From Eledone cirrhosa (Eukaryota): a stretch of 64,000 nucleotides of DNA. Positions 15,001 to 27,000 of the stretch are shown piece by piece. Position numbers and translations under genes: made by a program. Numbering within the stretch: position 1 is the first letter of the stretch; each line of letters begins with the position of its first letter. The stretch is from NCBI GenBank assembly GCA_964016885.1, contig OZ024740.1, forward strand, positions 319,734,001 to 319,798,000, given 5' to 3'. The notes below the pieces were generated by a model that saw only the letters and a list, made by a program, of their open reading frames with translations, ran no database searches and was not told the DNA's origin.

Positions 15001-18000
15001 GACGGCGGTGAGTGTGGTGTTCTTGATGGCAGTGACGGCGGTGACTGTGGTGGTGTTGATGGCAGTGACGGCGGTGAGTGTGGTGGTGTTGATCGCAGTG
15101 ACGGCGGTGACTGTGGTGGTGTTGATGGCAGTGACGGCGGTGAGTGTGGTGGTGTTGATGGCAGTGACGGCGGTGAGTGTGGTGTTGTTGATGGCAGTGA
15201 CGGCGGTGACTGTGGTGGTGTTGATGGCAGTGACGACGGTGAGTGTGGTGGTGTTGATAGCAGTGACGGCGGTGACTGTGGTGGTGTTGATGGCAGTGAC
15301 GGCGGTGAGTGTGGTGGTGTTGATGGCAGTGACGGCGGTGACTGTGGTGGTGTTGATGGCAGTGACGGCGGTGAGTGTGGTGTTGTTGATGTCAGTGACG
15401 ACGGTGACTGTGGTGGTGTTGATGGCAGTGACGACGGTGAGTGTGGTGGTGTTGATGGCAGTGACGGCGGTGACTGTGGTGGTGTTGATGGCAGTGACGG
15501 CGGTGAGTGTGGTGGTGTTGATGGCAGTGACGGCGGTGACTGTGGTGATGTTGAGGGCAGTGACGGCGGTGACTGTGGTGGTGTTGATGGCAGTGAAGGC
15601 GGTGAGTGTGGTGGTGTTGATGGCAGTGACGGCGGTAACTGTGATGGTGTTGATGGCAGTAACGGCGGTGAGTGTGGTGGTGTTGATGGCAGTGACGGCG
15701 GTGACGGTGGTGGTGTTGATGGCAGTGACGGCGGTGAGTGTGATGGTTTTGATGGCAGTGACGGCGGTGACTGTGGTGGTGTTGATGACAGTGACGGCGG
15801 TGAGTGTGGTGGTGTTGATGGCAGTGACGGCGGTGAGTGTGGTGGTGTTGATGGCAGTGACGACGGTGAGTGTGGTGTTGATGGCAGTGACGGCGGTGAG
15901 TGTGGTGGTGTTGATGGCAGTGACGGCGGTGACTGTGGTGGTGTTGATGGCAGTGACGGCGGTGAGTGTGGTGGTGTTGATGGCAGTGACGGCGGTGACT
16001 GTGGTGGTGTTGATGGCAGTGACGGCGGTGACTGTGGTGGTGTTGATGGCAGTGACGGCGGTGAGTGTGGTGTTGTTGATGGCAGTGACGGCGGTGAGTG
16101 TGATGGTGTTGATGGCAGTGACGGCGGTGAGTGTGGTGGTGTTGATGGCAGTGACGGCGGTGACTGTGGTGGTGTTGATGGCAGTGAGGACGGTGAGTGT
16201 GGTGTTGATGGCAGTGACGGCGGTGAGTGTGGTGGTGTTGATGGCAGTGACGGCGGTGACTGTGGTGGTGTTGATGGCAGTGACGGCGGTGACTGTGGTG
16301 GTGTTGATGGCAGTGACGGTGGTGACTGTGTTGGTGTTGATGGCAGTGACGGCGGTGAGTGTGGTGGTGTTGATGGCAGTGACGGCGGTGAGTGTGGTGG
16401 TGTTGATGGCAGTGACGGTGGTAAGTGTGGTGGTGTTGATGGCAGTGACGGCGGTGACTGTGGTGGTGTTGATGGCAGTGACGGCGGTGAGTGTGGTGGT
16501 GTTGAACGCATTGACGGCGGTGAGTGTGGTGGTGTTGATGGCAGTGACGGCGGTGACTGTGGTGGTGTTGATGGCAGTGACGGCGGTGACTGTGGTGGTG
16601 TTGATGGCAGTGACGGCGATGAGTGTGATGGTGTTGATGGCAGTGACGGTGGTGAGTGTGGTGGTGGTGATGGCAGTGACGGCGGTGAGTGTGGTGGTGT
16701 TGATGGCAGTGACGGCGGTGACTGTGGTGGTGTTGATGGCAGTGACGGCGGTGAGTGTGGTGGTGTTGATGGCAGTGACGGCGGTGAGTGTGGTGGTGTT
16801 GATGGCAGTGACGGTGGTGAGTGTGGTGGTGTTGATGGCAGTGACGGCGATGAGTGTGATGGTATTGATGGCAGTGACGGTGGTGAGTGTGGTGGTGGTG
16901 ATGGCAGTGACGGCGGTGAGTGTGGTGGTGTTGATGGCAGTTACGGTGGTGAGTGTGGTGGTGTTGATGGCAGTGACGGTGGTGAGTGTGGTGGTGTTGA
17001 TGGCAGTGACGGCGGTGAGTGTGGTGGTGTTGATGGCAGTGACGGCGGTGAGTGTGGTGGTGTTGATGGCAGTGACGGCGGTGAGTGTGGTGGTGTTGAT
17101 GGCAGTGACGGCGGTGACGGTGGTGGTGTTGATGGCAGTGACGGCGGTGAGTGTGATGGTGTTGATGGCAGTGACGGCGGTGACTGTGGTGGTGTTGATG
17201 GCAGTGACGGCGGTGAGTGTGGTGGTGTTGATGACAGTGACGGCGGTGACGGTGATGGTGTTGATGGCAGTGACGGCGGTGAGTGTGGTGGTGTTGATGG
17301 CAGTGACGGTGGTGAGTGTGGTGGTGTTGATGGCAGTGACGGCGGTGACTGTGGTGGTGTTGATGGCAGTGACGGTGGTGACTGTGGTGGTGTTGATGGC
17401 AGTGACGGCGGTGAGTGTGATTGTGTTGATTGCAGTGACGGCGGTGAGTGTGGTGGTGTTGATGGCAGTGACGGCGGTGACTGTGATGGTGTTGATGGCA
17501 GTGACGGCGGTGAGTGTGGTGGTGTTGATGGCAGTGACGGCGGTGAGTGTGGTGGTGTTGATGGCAGTGACGGCGGTGAGTGTGGTGGTGTTGATGGCAG
17601 TGACGGCGGTGAGTGTGGTGGTGTTGATGGCAGTGACGGTGGTGAGTGTGGTGGTGTTGATGGCAGTGACGGCGATGAGTGTGATGGTATTGATGGCAGT
17701 GACGGTGGTGAGTGTGGTGGTGGTGATGGCAGTGACGGCGGTGAGTGTGGTGGTGTTGATGGCAGTGACGGTGGTGAGTGTGGTGGTGTTGATGGCAGTG
17801 ACGGCGGTGAGTGTGGTGGTGTTGATGGCAGTGACGGCGGTGAGTGTGGTGGTGTTGATGGCAGTGACGGCGGTGAGTGTGGTGGTGTTGATGGCAGTGA
17901 CGGCGGTGACTGTGGTGTTGTTGATCGCAGTGACGGCGGTGACGGTGGTGGTGTTGATGGCAGTGACGGCGGTGAGTGTGATGGTGTTGATGGCTGTGAC

Positions 18001-21000
18001 GGCGGTGACTGTGGTGGTGTTGATGGCAGTGACGGCGGTGAGTGTGGTGTTGTTAATCGCAGTGACGGCGGTGACTGTGGTGGTGTTGATGGCAGTGACG
18101 GTGGTGACTGTGATGGTGTTGATGGCAGTGACGGCGGTGAGTGTGGTGTTGTTAATCGCAGTGACGGCGGTGACTGTGGTGGTGTTGATGGCAGTGACGG
18201 CGGTGACGGTGGTGGTGTTGATGGCAGTGACGGCGGTGAGTGTGATGGTGTTGATGGCTGTGACGGCGGTGACTGTGGTGGTGTTGATGGCAGTGACGGC
18301 GGTGAGTGTGGTGGTGTTGGTCGCAGTGACGGCGGTGAGTGTGGTGGTGTTGATCGCAGTGACGGCGGTAACTGTGGTGGTGTTGATGGCAGTGACGGCG
18401 GTGAGTGTGATGGTGTTGATGGCAGTGACGGCGGTGAGTGTGGTGGTGTTGATGGCAGTGACGGCGGTGACGGTGGTGGTGTTGATGGCAGTGACGGCGG
18501 TGAGTGTGATGGTGTTGATGGCTGTGACGGCGGTGACTGTGGTGGTGTTGATGGCAGTGACGGCGGTGTGTGTGGTGGTGTTGGTCGCAGTGACGGCGGT
18601 GAGTGGGGTGGTGTTGATGGCAGTGACGGCGGTGACTGTGGTGGTGTTGATGGCAGTGACGGCGGTGACTGTGGTGGTGTTGATGGCAGTGAGGGCGGTG
18701 AATGTGGTGGTGTTGATGGCAGTGACGGCGGTGACTGAGGTGGTGTTGATCGCAGTGACGGCAGTGACTGTGGTGGTGTTGGTGGCAGTGACGGCAGTGA
18801 GTGTGGTGGCGTTGATGGCAGTGATGGCGGTGACTGTGGTGGTGTTGATGGCAGTGACGGCGGTGACTGTGGTGGTGTTGATCGCAGTGACGGCGGTGAG
18901 TGTGGTGGTGTTGATGGCAGTGACGGCGGTGACTGTGGTGGTGTTGATGGCAGTGACGGCGGTGAGTGTGGTGTTGTTAATCGCAGTGACGGCGGTGACT
19001 GTGGTGGTGTTGATGGCAGTGACGGTGGTGACTGTGATGGTGTTGATGGCAGTGACGGCGGTGAGTGTGGTGTTGTTAATCGCAGTGACGGCGGTGACTG
19101 TGGTGGTGTTGATGGCAGTGACGGTGGTGACTGTGATGGTGTTGATGGCAGTGACGGCGGTGAGTGTGGTGGTGTTGATGGCAGTGACGGCGGTGACTGT
19201 GATGGTGTTGATGGCAGTGACGGCGGTGAGTGTGGTGTTGTTGATGGCAGTGACGGCGGTGAGTGTGGTGGTGTTGATGGCAGTGACGGCGGTGACGGTG
19301 GTGGTGTTGATGGCAGTGACGGCGGTGAGTGTGATGGTGTTGATGGCTGTGACGGCGGTGACTGTGGTGGTGTTGATGGCAGTGACGGCGGTGAGTGTGG
19401 TGGTGTTGATGGCAGTGACGGCGGTGACTGTGGTGGTGTTGATGGCAGTGACGGCGGTGACTGTGGTGGTGTTGATGGCAGTGACGGCGGTGAGTGTGGT
19501 GGTGTTGATGGCAGTGACGGCGGTGACTGTGGTGGTGTTGATGGCAGTGACGGCGGTGACTGTGGTGGTGTTGATGGCAGTGACGGCGGTGAGTGTGGTG
19601 TTGTTGATGGCAGTGACGGCGGTGAGTGTGATGGTGTTGATGGCAGTGACGGCGGTGAGTGTGGTGGTGTTGATGGCAGTGACGGCGGTGACTGTGGTGG
19701 TGTTGATGGCAGTGAGGACGGTGAGTGTGGTGTTGATGGCAGTGACGGCGGTGAGTGTGGTGGTGTTGATGGCAGTGACGGCGGTGACTGTGGTGGTGTT
19801 GATGGCAGTGACGGCGGTGACTGTGGTGGTGTTGATGGCAGTGACGGTGGTGACTGTGTTGGTGTTGATGGCAGTGACGGCGGTGAGTGTGGTGGTGTTG
19901 ATGGCAGTGACGGCGGTGAGTGTGGTGGTGTTGATGGCAGTGACGGTGGTAAGTGTGGTGGTGTTGATGGCAGTGACGGCGGTGACTGTGGTGGTGTTGA
20001 TGGCAGTGACGGCGGTGAGTGTGGTGGTGTTGAACGCATTGACGGCGGTGAGTGTGGTGGTGTTGATGGCAGTGACGGCGGTGACTGTGGTGGTGTTGAT
20101 GGCAGTGACGGCGGTGACTGTGGTGGTGTTGATGGCAGTGACGGCGATGAGTGTGATGGTGTTGATGGCAGTGACGGTGGTGAGTGTGGTGGTGGTGATG
20201 GCAGTGACGGCGGTGAGTGTGGTGGTGTTGATGGCAGTGACGGCGGTGACTGTGGTGGTGTTGATGGCAGTGACGGCGGTGAGTGTGGTGGTGTTGATGG
20301 CAGTGACGGCGGTGAGTGTGGTGGTGTTGATGGCAGTGACGGTGGTGAGTGTGGTGGTGTTGATGGCAGTGACGGCGATGAGTGTGATGGTATTGATGGC
20401 AGTGACGGTGGTGAGTGTGGTGGTGGTGATGGCAGTGACGGCGGTGAGTGTGGTGGTGTTGATGGCAGTTACGGTGGTGAGTGTGGTGGTGTTGATGGCA
20501 GTGACGGTGGTGAGTGTGGTGGTGTTGATGGCAGTGACGGCGGTGAGTGTGGTGGTGTTGATGGCAGTGACGGCGGTGAGTGTGGTGGTGTTGATGGCAG
20601 TGACGGCGGTGAGTGTGGTGGTGTTGATGGCAGTGACGGCGGTGACGGTGGTGGTGTTGATGGCAGTGACGGCGGTGAGTGTGATGGTGTTGATGGCAGT
20701 GACGGCGGTGACTGTGGTGGTGTTGATGGCAGTGACGGCGGTGAGTGTGGTGGTGTTGATGACAGTGACGGCGGTGACGGTGATGGTGTTGATGGCAGTG
20801 ACGGCGGTGAGTGTGGTGGTGTTGATGGCAGTGACGGTGGTGAGTGTGGTGGTGTTGATGGCAGTGACGGCGGTGACTGTGGTGGTGTTGATGGCAGTGA
20901 CGGTGGTGACTGTGGTGGTGTTGATGGCAGTGACGGCGGTGAGTGTGATTGTGTTGATTGCAGTGACGGCGGTGAGTGTGGTGGTGTTGATGGCAGTGAC

Positions 21001-24000
21001 GGCGGTGACTGTGATGGTGTTGATGGCAGTGACGGCGGTGAGTGTGGTGGTGTTGATGGCAGTGACGGCGGTGAGTGTGGTGGTGTTGATGGCAGTGACG
21101 GCGGTGAGTGTGGTGGTGTTGATGGCAGTGACGGCGGTGAGTGTGGTGGTGTTGATGGCAGTGACGGTGGTGAGTGTGGTGGTGTTGATGGCAGTGACGG
21201 CGATGAGTGTGATGGTATTGATGGCAGTGACGGTGGTGAGTGTGGTGGTGGTGATGGCAGTGACGGCGGTGAGTGTGGTGGTGTTGATGGCAGTGACGGT
21301 GGTGAGTGTGGTGGTGTTGATGGCAGTGACGGCGGTGAGTGTGGTGGTGTTGATGGCAGTGACGGCGGTGAGTGTGGTGGTGTTGATGGCAGTGACGGCG
21401 GTGAGTGTGGTGGTGTTGATGGCAGTGACGGCGGTGACTGTGGTGTTGTTGATCGCAGTGACGGCGGTGACGGTGGTGGTGTTGATGGCAGTGACGGCGG
21501 TGAGTGTGATGGTGTTGATGGCTGTGACGGCGGTGACTGTGGTGGTGTTGATGGCAGTGACGGCGGTGAGTGTGGTGTTGTTAATCGCAGTGACGGCGGT
21601 GACTGTGGTGGTGTTGATGGCAGTGACGGTGGTGACTGTGATGGTGTTGATGGCAGTGACGGCGGTGAGTGTGGTGTTGTTAATCGCAGTGACGGCGGTG
21701 ACTGTGGTGGTGTTGATGGCAGTGACGGCGGTGACGGTGGTGGTGTTGATGGCAGTGACGGCGGTGAGTGTGATGGTGTTGATGGCTGTGACGGCGGTGA
21801 CTGTGGTGGTGTTGATGGCAGTGACGGCGGTGAGTGTGGTGGTGTTGGTCGCAGTGACGGCGGTGAGTGTGGTGGTGTTGATCGCAGTGACGGCGGTGAC
21901 TGTGGTGGTGTTGATGGCAGTGACGGCGGTGAGTGTGATGGTGTTGATGGCAGTGACGGCGGTGAGTGTGGTGGTGTTGATGGCAGTGACGGCGGTGACG
22001 GTGGTGGTGTTGATGGCAGTGACGGCGGTGAGTGTGATGGTGTTGATGGCTGTGACGGCGGTGACTGTGGTGGTGTTGATGGCAGTGACGGCGGTGTGTG
22101 TGGTGGTGTTGGTCGCAGTGACGGCGGTGAGTGGGGTGGTGTTGATGGCAGTGACGGCGGTGACTGTGGTGGTGTTGATGGCAGTGACGGCGGTGACTGT
22201 GGTGGTGTTGATGGCAGTGAGGGCGGTGAATGTGGTGGTGTTGATGGCAGTGACGGCGGTGACTGAGGTGGTGTTGATCGCAGTGACGGCAGTGACTGTG
22301 GTGGTGTTGGTGGCAGTGACGGCAGTGAGTGTGGTGGCGTTGATGGCAGTGATGGCGGTGACTGTGGTGGTGTTGATGGCAGTGACGGCGGTGACTGTGG
22401 TGGTGTTGATCGCAGTGACGGCGGTGAGTGTGGTGGTGTTGATGGCAGTGACGGCGGTGACTGTGGTGGTGTTGATGGCAGTGACGGCGGTGAGTGTGGT
22501 GTTGTTAATCGCAGTGACGGCGGTGACTGTGGTGGTGTTGATGGCAGTGACGGTGGTGACTGTGATGGTGTTGATGGCAGTGACGGCGGTGAGTGTGGTG
22601 TTGTTAATCGCAGTGACGGCGGTGACTGTGGTGGTGTTGATGGCAGTGACGGTGGTGACTGTGATGGTGTTGATGGCAGTGACGGCGGTGAGTGTGGTGG
22701 TGTTGATGGCAGTGACGGCGGTGACTGTGATGGTGTTGATGGCAGTGACGGCGGTGAGTGTGGTGTTGTTGATGGCAGTGACGGCGGTGAGTGTGGTGGT
22801 GTTGATGGCAGTGACGGCGGTGACGGTGGTGGTGTTGATGGCAGTGACGGCGGTGAGTGTGATGGTGTTGATGGCTGTGACGGCGGTGACTGTGGTGGTG
22901 TTGATGGCAGTGACGGCGGTGAGTGTGATGGTGTTGATGGCAGTGACGGCGGTGAGTGTGGTGGTGTTGATGGCAGTGACGGCGGTGACGGTGGTGGTGT
23001 TGATGGCAGTGACGGCGGTGAGTGTGATGGTGTTGATGGCTGTGACGGCGGTGACTGTGGTTGTGTTGATGGCAGTGACGGCGGTGAGTGTGGTGGTGTT
23101 GGTCGCAGTGACGGCGGTGAATGTGGTGGTGTTAATCGCAGTGACGGCGGTGACTGTGGTGGTGTTGATGGCAGTGACGGCGGTGACTGTGGTGGTGTTG
23201 ATGGCAGTGACGGCGGTGACTGTGGTGGTGTTGATGGCAGTGACGGCGGTGACTGTGGTGGTGTTGATGGCAGTGAGGGCGGTGAGTGTGGTGGTGTTGA
23301 TGGCAGTGACGGCGGTGACTGAGGTGGTGTTGATCGCAGTGACGGCAGTGACTGTGGTGGTGTTGATGGCAGTGACGGCGGTGAGTGTGGTGGCGTTGAT
23401 GGCAGTGACGGCGGTGACTGTGGTGGTGTTGATGGCAGTGACGGCGGTGACTGTGGTGGTGTTGATCGCAGTGACGGCGGTGAGTGTGGTGGTGTTGATG
23501 GCAGTGACGGCGGTGACTGAGGTGGTGTTGATCGCAGTGACGGCAGTGACTGTGGTGGTGTTGATGGCAGTGACGGCGGTGAGTGTGGTGGCGTTGATGG
23601 CAGTGACGGCGGTGACTGTGGTGGTGTTGATGGCAGTGACGGCGGTGACTGTGGTGGTGTTGATCGCAGTGACGGCGGTGAGTGTGGTGGTGTTGATGGC
23701 AGTGACGACGGTGACTGAGGTGGTGTTGATGGCAGTGACGGCGGTGACTGTGGTGGTGTTGATCGCAGTGACGGCGGTGACTGTGGTGGCGTTGATGGCA
23801 GTGACGGCGGTGAGTGTGGTGGTGTTGATGGCAGTGATGGCGGTGACGGTGGTGGTGTTGATGGCAGTGACGGCGGTGAGTGTGATGGTGTTGATGGCAG
23901 TGACGGCGGTGACTGTGGTGGTGTTGATGGCAGTGACGGCGGTGAGTGTGGTGGTGTTGGTCGCTGTGACGGCGGTGAGTGTGGTGGTGTTGATCTCAGT

Positions 24001-27000
24001 GACGGCGGTGACTGTGGTGGTGTTGATGGCAGTGACGGCGGTGAGTGTGGTGGTGTTGATGGCAGTGACGGCGGTGAGTATGGTGGGTTTGATGGCAGTG
24101 ACGGCGGTGACTGTGGTGGTGTTGATCGCAGTGACGGCGGTGAGTGTGGTGGTGTTGATGGCAGTGACGGCGGTGAGTATGGTGGGTTTGATGGCAGTGA
24201 CGGCGGTGACTGTGGTGTTGTTAATCGCAGTGACGGCGGTGAGTGTGGTGGTGTTGATGGCAGTGACGGCGGTGAGTATGGTGGGTTTGATGGCAGTGAC
24301 GGCGGTGACTGTGGTGGTGTTGATGGCAGTGACGGCGGTGAGTGTGATGGTGTTGATAGCAGTGACGGCGGTGACTGTGGTGGTGTTGATGGCAGTGACG
24401 GCGGTGACTGTGGTGGTGTTGATCGCAGTGACGGCGGTGAGTGTGGTGGTGTTGATGGCAGTGACGGCGGTGACTGAGGTGGTGTTGATGGCAGTGACGG
24501 CGCTGACTGTGGTGGTGTTGATCGCAGTGACGGCGGTGACTGTGGTGGCGTTGATGGCAGTGACGGCGGTGAGTGTGGTGGTGTTGATGGCAGTGACGGC
24601 GGTGACTGTGGTGGTGTTGATGGCAGTGACGGCGGTGACTGTGGTGGTGTTGATGGCAGTGACGGCGGTGAGTGTGGTGGTGTTGATGGCAGTGACGGCG
24701 GTGACTGTGGTAGTGTTGATGGCAGTGACGGCCGTGACTGTGGTGGTGTTGATGGCAGTGACGGCGGTGAGTGTGGTGGTGTTGATGGCAGTGACGGCGG
24801 TGAGTGTGGTGGTGTTGATGGCAGTGACGGCGGTAACTGTGGTGGTGTTGATGGCAGTGACGGCGGTGACTGTGGTGGTGTTGATCGCAGCGACGGCGGT
24901 GACTGTGGTGGTGTTGATCGCAGTGACGGCGGTGAGTGTGGTGGTGTTGATGGCAGTGACAGCGGTGAGTGTGGTGGTGTTGATGGCAGTGACGGCGGTG
25001 AGGGTGGTGGTGTTGATGGCAGTGACGGCGGTGAGTGTGATGGTGTTGATGGAAGTGACGGCGGTGAGTGTGGTGGTGTTGATGGCAGTGACGGTGGTGA
25101 CTGTGATGGTGTTGATGGCAATGACGGCGTTGAGTGTGGTGGTGTTGATGGCAGTGACGGCGGTGAGTGTGGTGGTGTTGATGGCAGTGACGGCGGTGAC
25201 TGTGATGGTGTTGATGGCAGTTACGGCGGTGAGTGTGGTGGTGTTGATGGCAGTGACGGCGGTGACGGTGGTGGTGTTGATGGCAGTGACGGCGGTGAGT
25301 GCGATGGTGTTGATGGCAGTGACGGCGGTGACTGTGGTGGTGTTGATGGCAGTGACGGCGGTGAGTGTGGTGGTGTTGGTCGCAGTGACGGCGGTGAGTG
25401 TGGTTGTGTTGATGGCAGTGACGGCGGTGACTGTGGTGGTGTTGATGGCAGTGACGGCAGTGAGTGTGATGGTGTTGATGGCAGTGACGGCGGTGACTGT
25501 GGTGGTGTTGATGGCAGTGACGGCGGTGACTGTGGTGGTGTTGATGGCAGTGACGGCGGTGAGTGTGGTGGTGTTGATGGCAGTGACGGCGGTGACTGTG
25601 GTGTTGTTGATCGCAGTGACGGCGGTGACTGTGGTGGTGTTGATGGCAGTGACGGCGGTGACTGTGGTGTTGTTGATCGCAGTGACGGCGGTGAGTGTGG
25701 TGGTGTTAATGGCAGTGACGACGGTGAGTATGGTGGGTTTGATGGCAGTGACGGCAGTGACTGTGGTGGTGTTGATCGCAGTGACGGCGGTGAGTGTGAT
25801 GGTGTTGGTCGCAGTGACGGCGGTGAGTGGGATGGTGTTGATGGCAGTGACGGCGGTGAGTGTGGTGGTGTTGATGGCAGTGACGGCGGTGACTGTGGTG
25901 GTGTTGATCGCAGTGACGGCGGTGACTGTGTTGGTGTTGATGGCAGTAACGGCGGTGACTGTGGTTGTGTTGATGGCAGTGACGGCGGTGACTGTGGTGG
26001 TGTTGATCGCAGTGACGGCGGTGACTGTGGTGGCGTTAATGGCAGTGACGGCGGTGAGTGTGGTGGTGTTGATGGCAGTGACGGCGGTGACTGTGGTGGT
26101 GTTGATGGCAGTGACGGCGGTGACTGTGGTGGTGTTGATGGCAGTGACGGCGGTGACTGTGGTGGTGTTGATCGCAGTGACGGCGGTGAGTGTGGTGGTG
26201 TTGATGGCAGTGACGGCGGTGACTGTGGTGGTGTTGATGGCAGTGACGGCGGTGACTGTGATGGTGTTGATGGCAGTGACGGCGGTGACTGTGGTGGTGT
26301 TGATGGCAGTGACGGCGGTGACTGTGGTGGTGTTGATCGCAGTGACGGCGGGGACTGTGGTGGCGTTAATGGCAGTGACGGCGGTGAGTGTGGTGGTGTT
26401 GATGGCAGTGACGGCGGTGACTGTGGTGGTGTTGATGGCAGTGACGGCGGTGACTGTGGTGGTGTTGATGGCAGTGACGGCGGTGACTGTAGTGGTGTTG
26501 ATCGCACTGACGGCGGTGACTGTGGTTGTGTTGATGGCAGCGACGGCGGTGACTGTGATGGTGTTGATGGCAGTGACGGCGGTGACTGTGGTGGTGTTGA
26601 TGGCAGTGACGGCGGTGACTGTGGTGGTGTTGATCGCAGTGACGGCGGTGACTGCGGTGGCGTTAATGGCAGTGACGGCGGTGAGTGTGGTGGTGTTGAT
26701 GGCAGTGACGGCGGTGACTGTGGTGGTGTTGATGGCAGTGACGGCGGTGACTGTGGTGGTGTTGATGGCAGTGACGGCGGTGACTGTGGTAGTGTTGATC
26801 GCAGTGACGGCGGTGAGTGTGGTGGTGTTGATGGCAGTGACGGCGGTGACTGTGGTGGTGTTGATGGCAGTGACGGCGGTGAGTGTGGTGGTGTTGATGG
26901 CAGTGACGGCGGTGAGTGTGGTGGCGTTGATGGCAGTGACGGCGGTGACTGTGGTGGTATTGATGGCAGTGACGGCGGTGACTGTGGTGGTGTTGAGCGC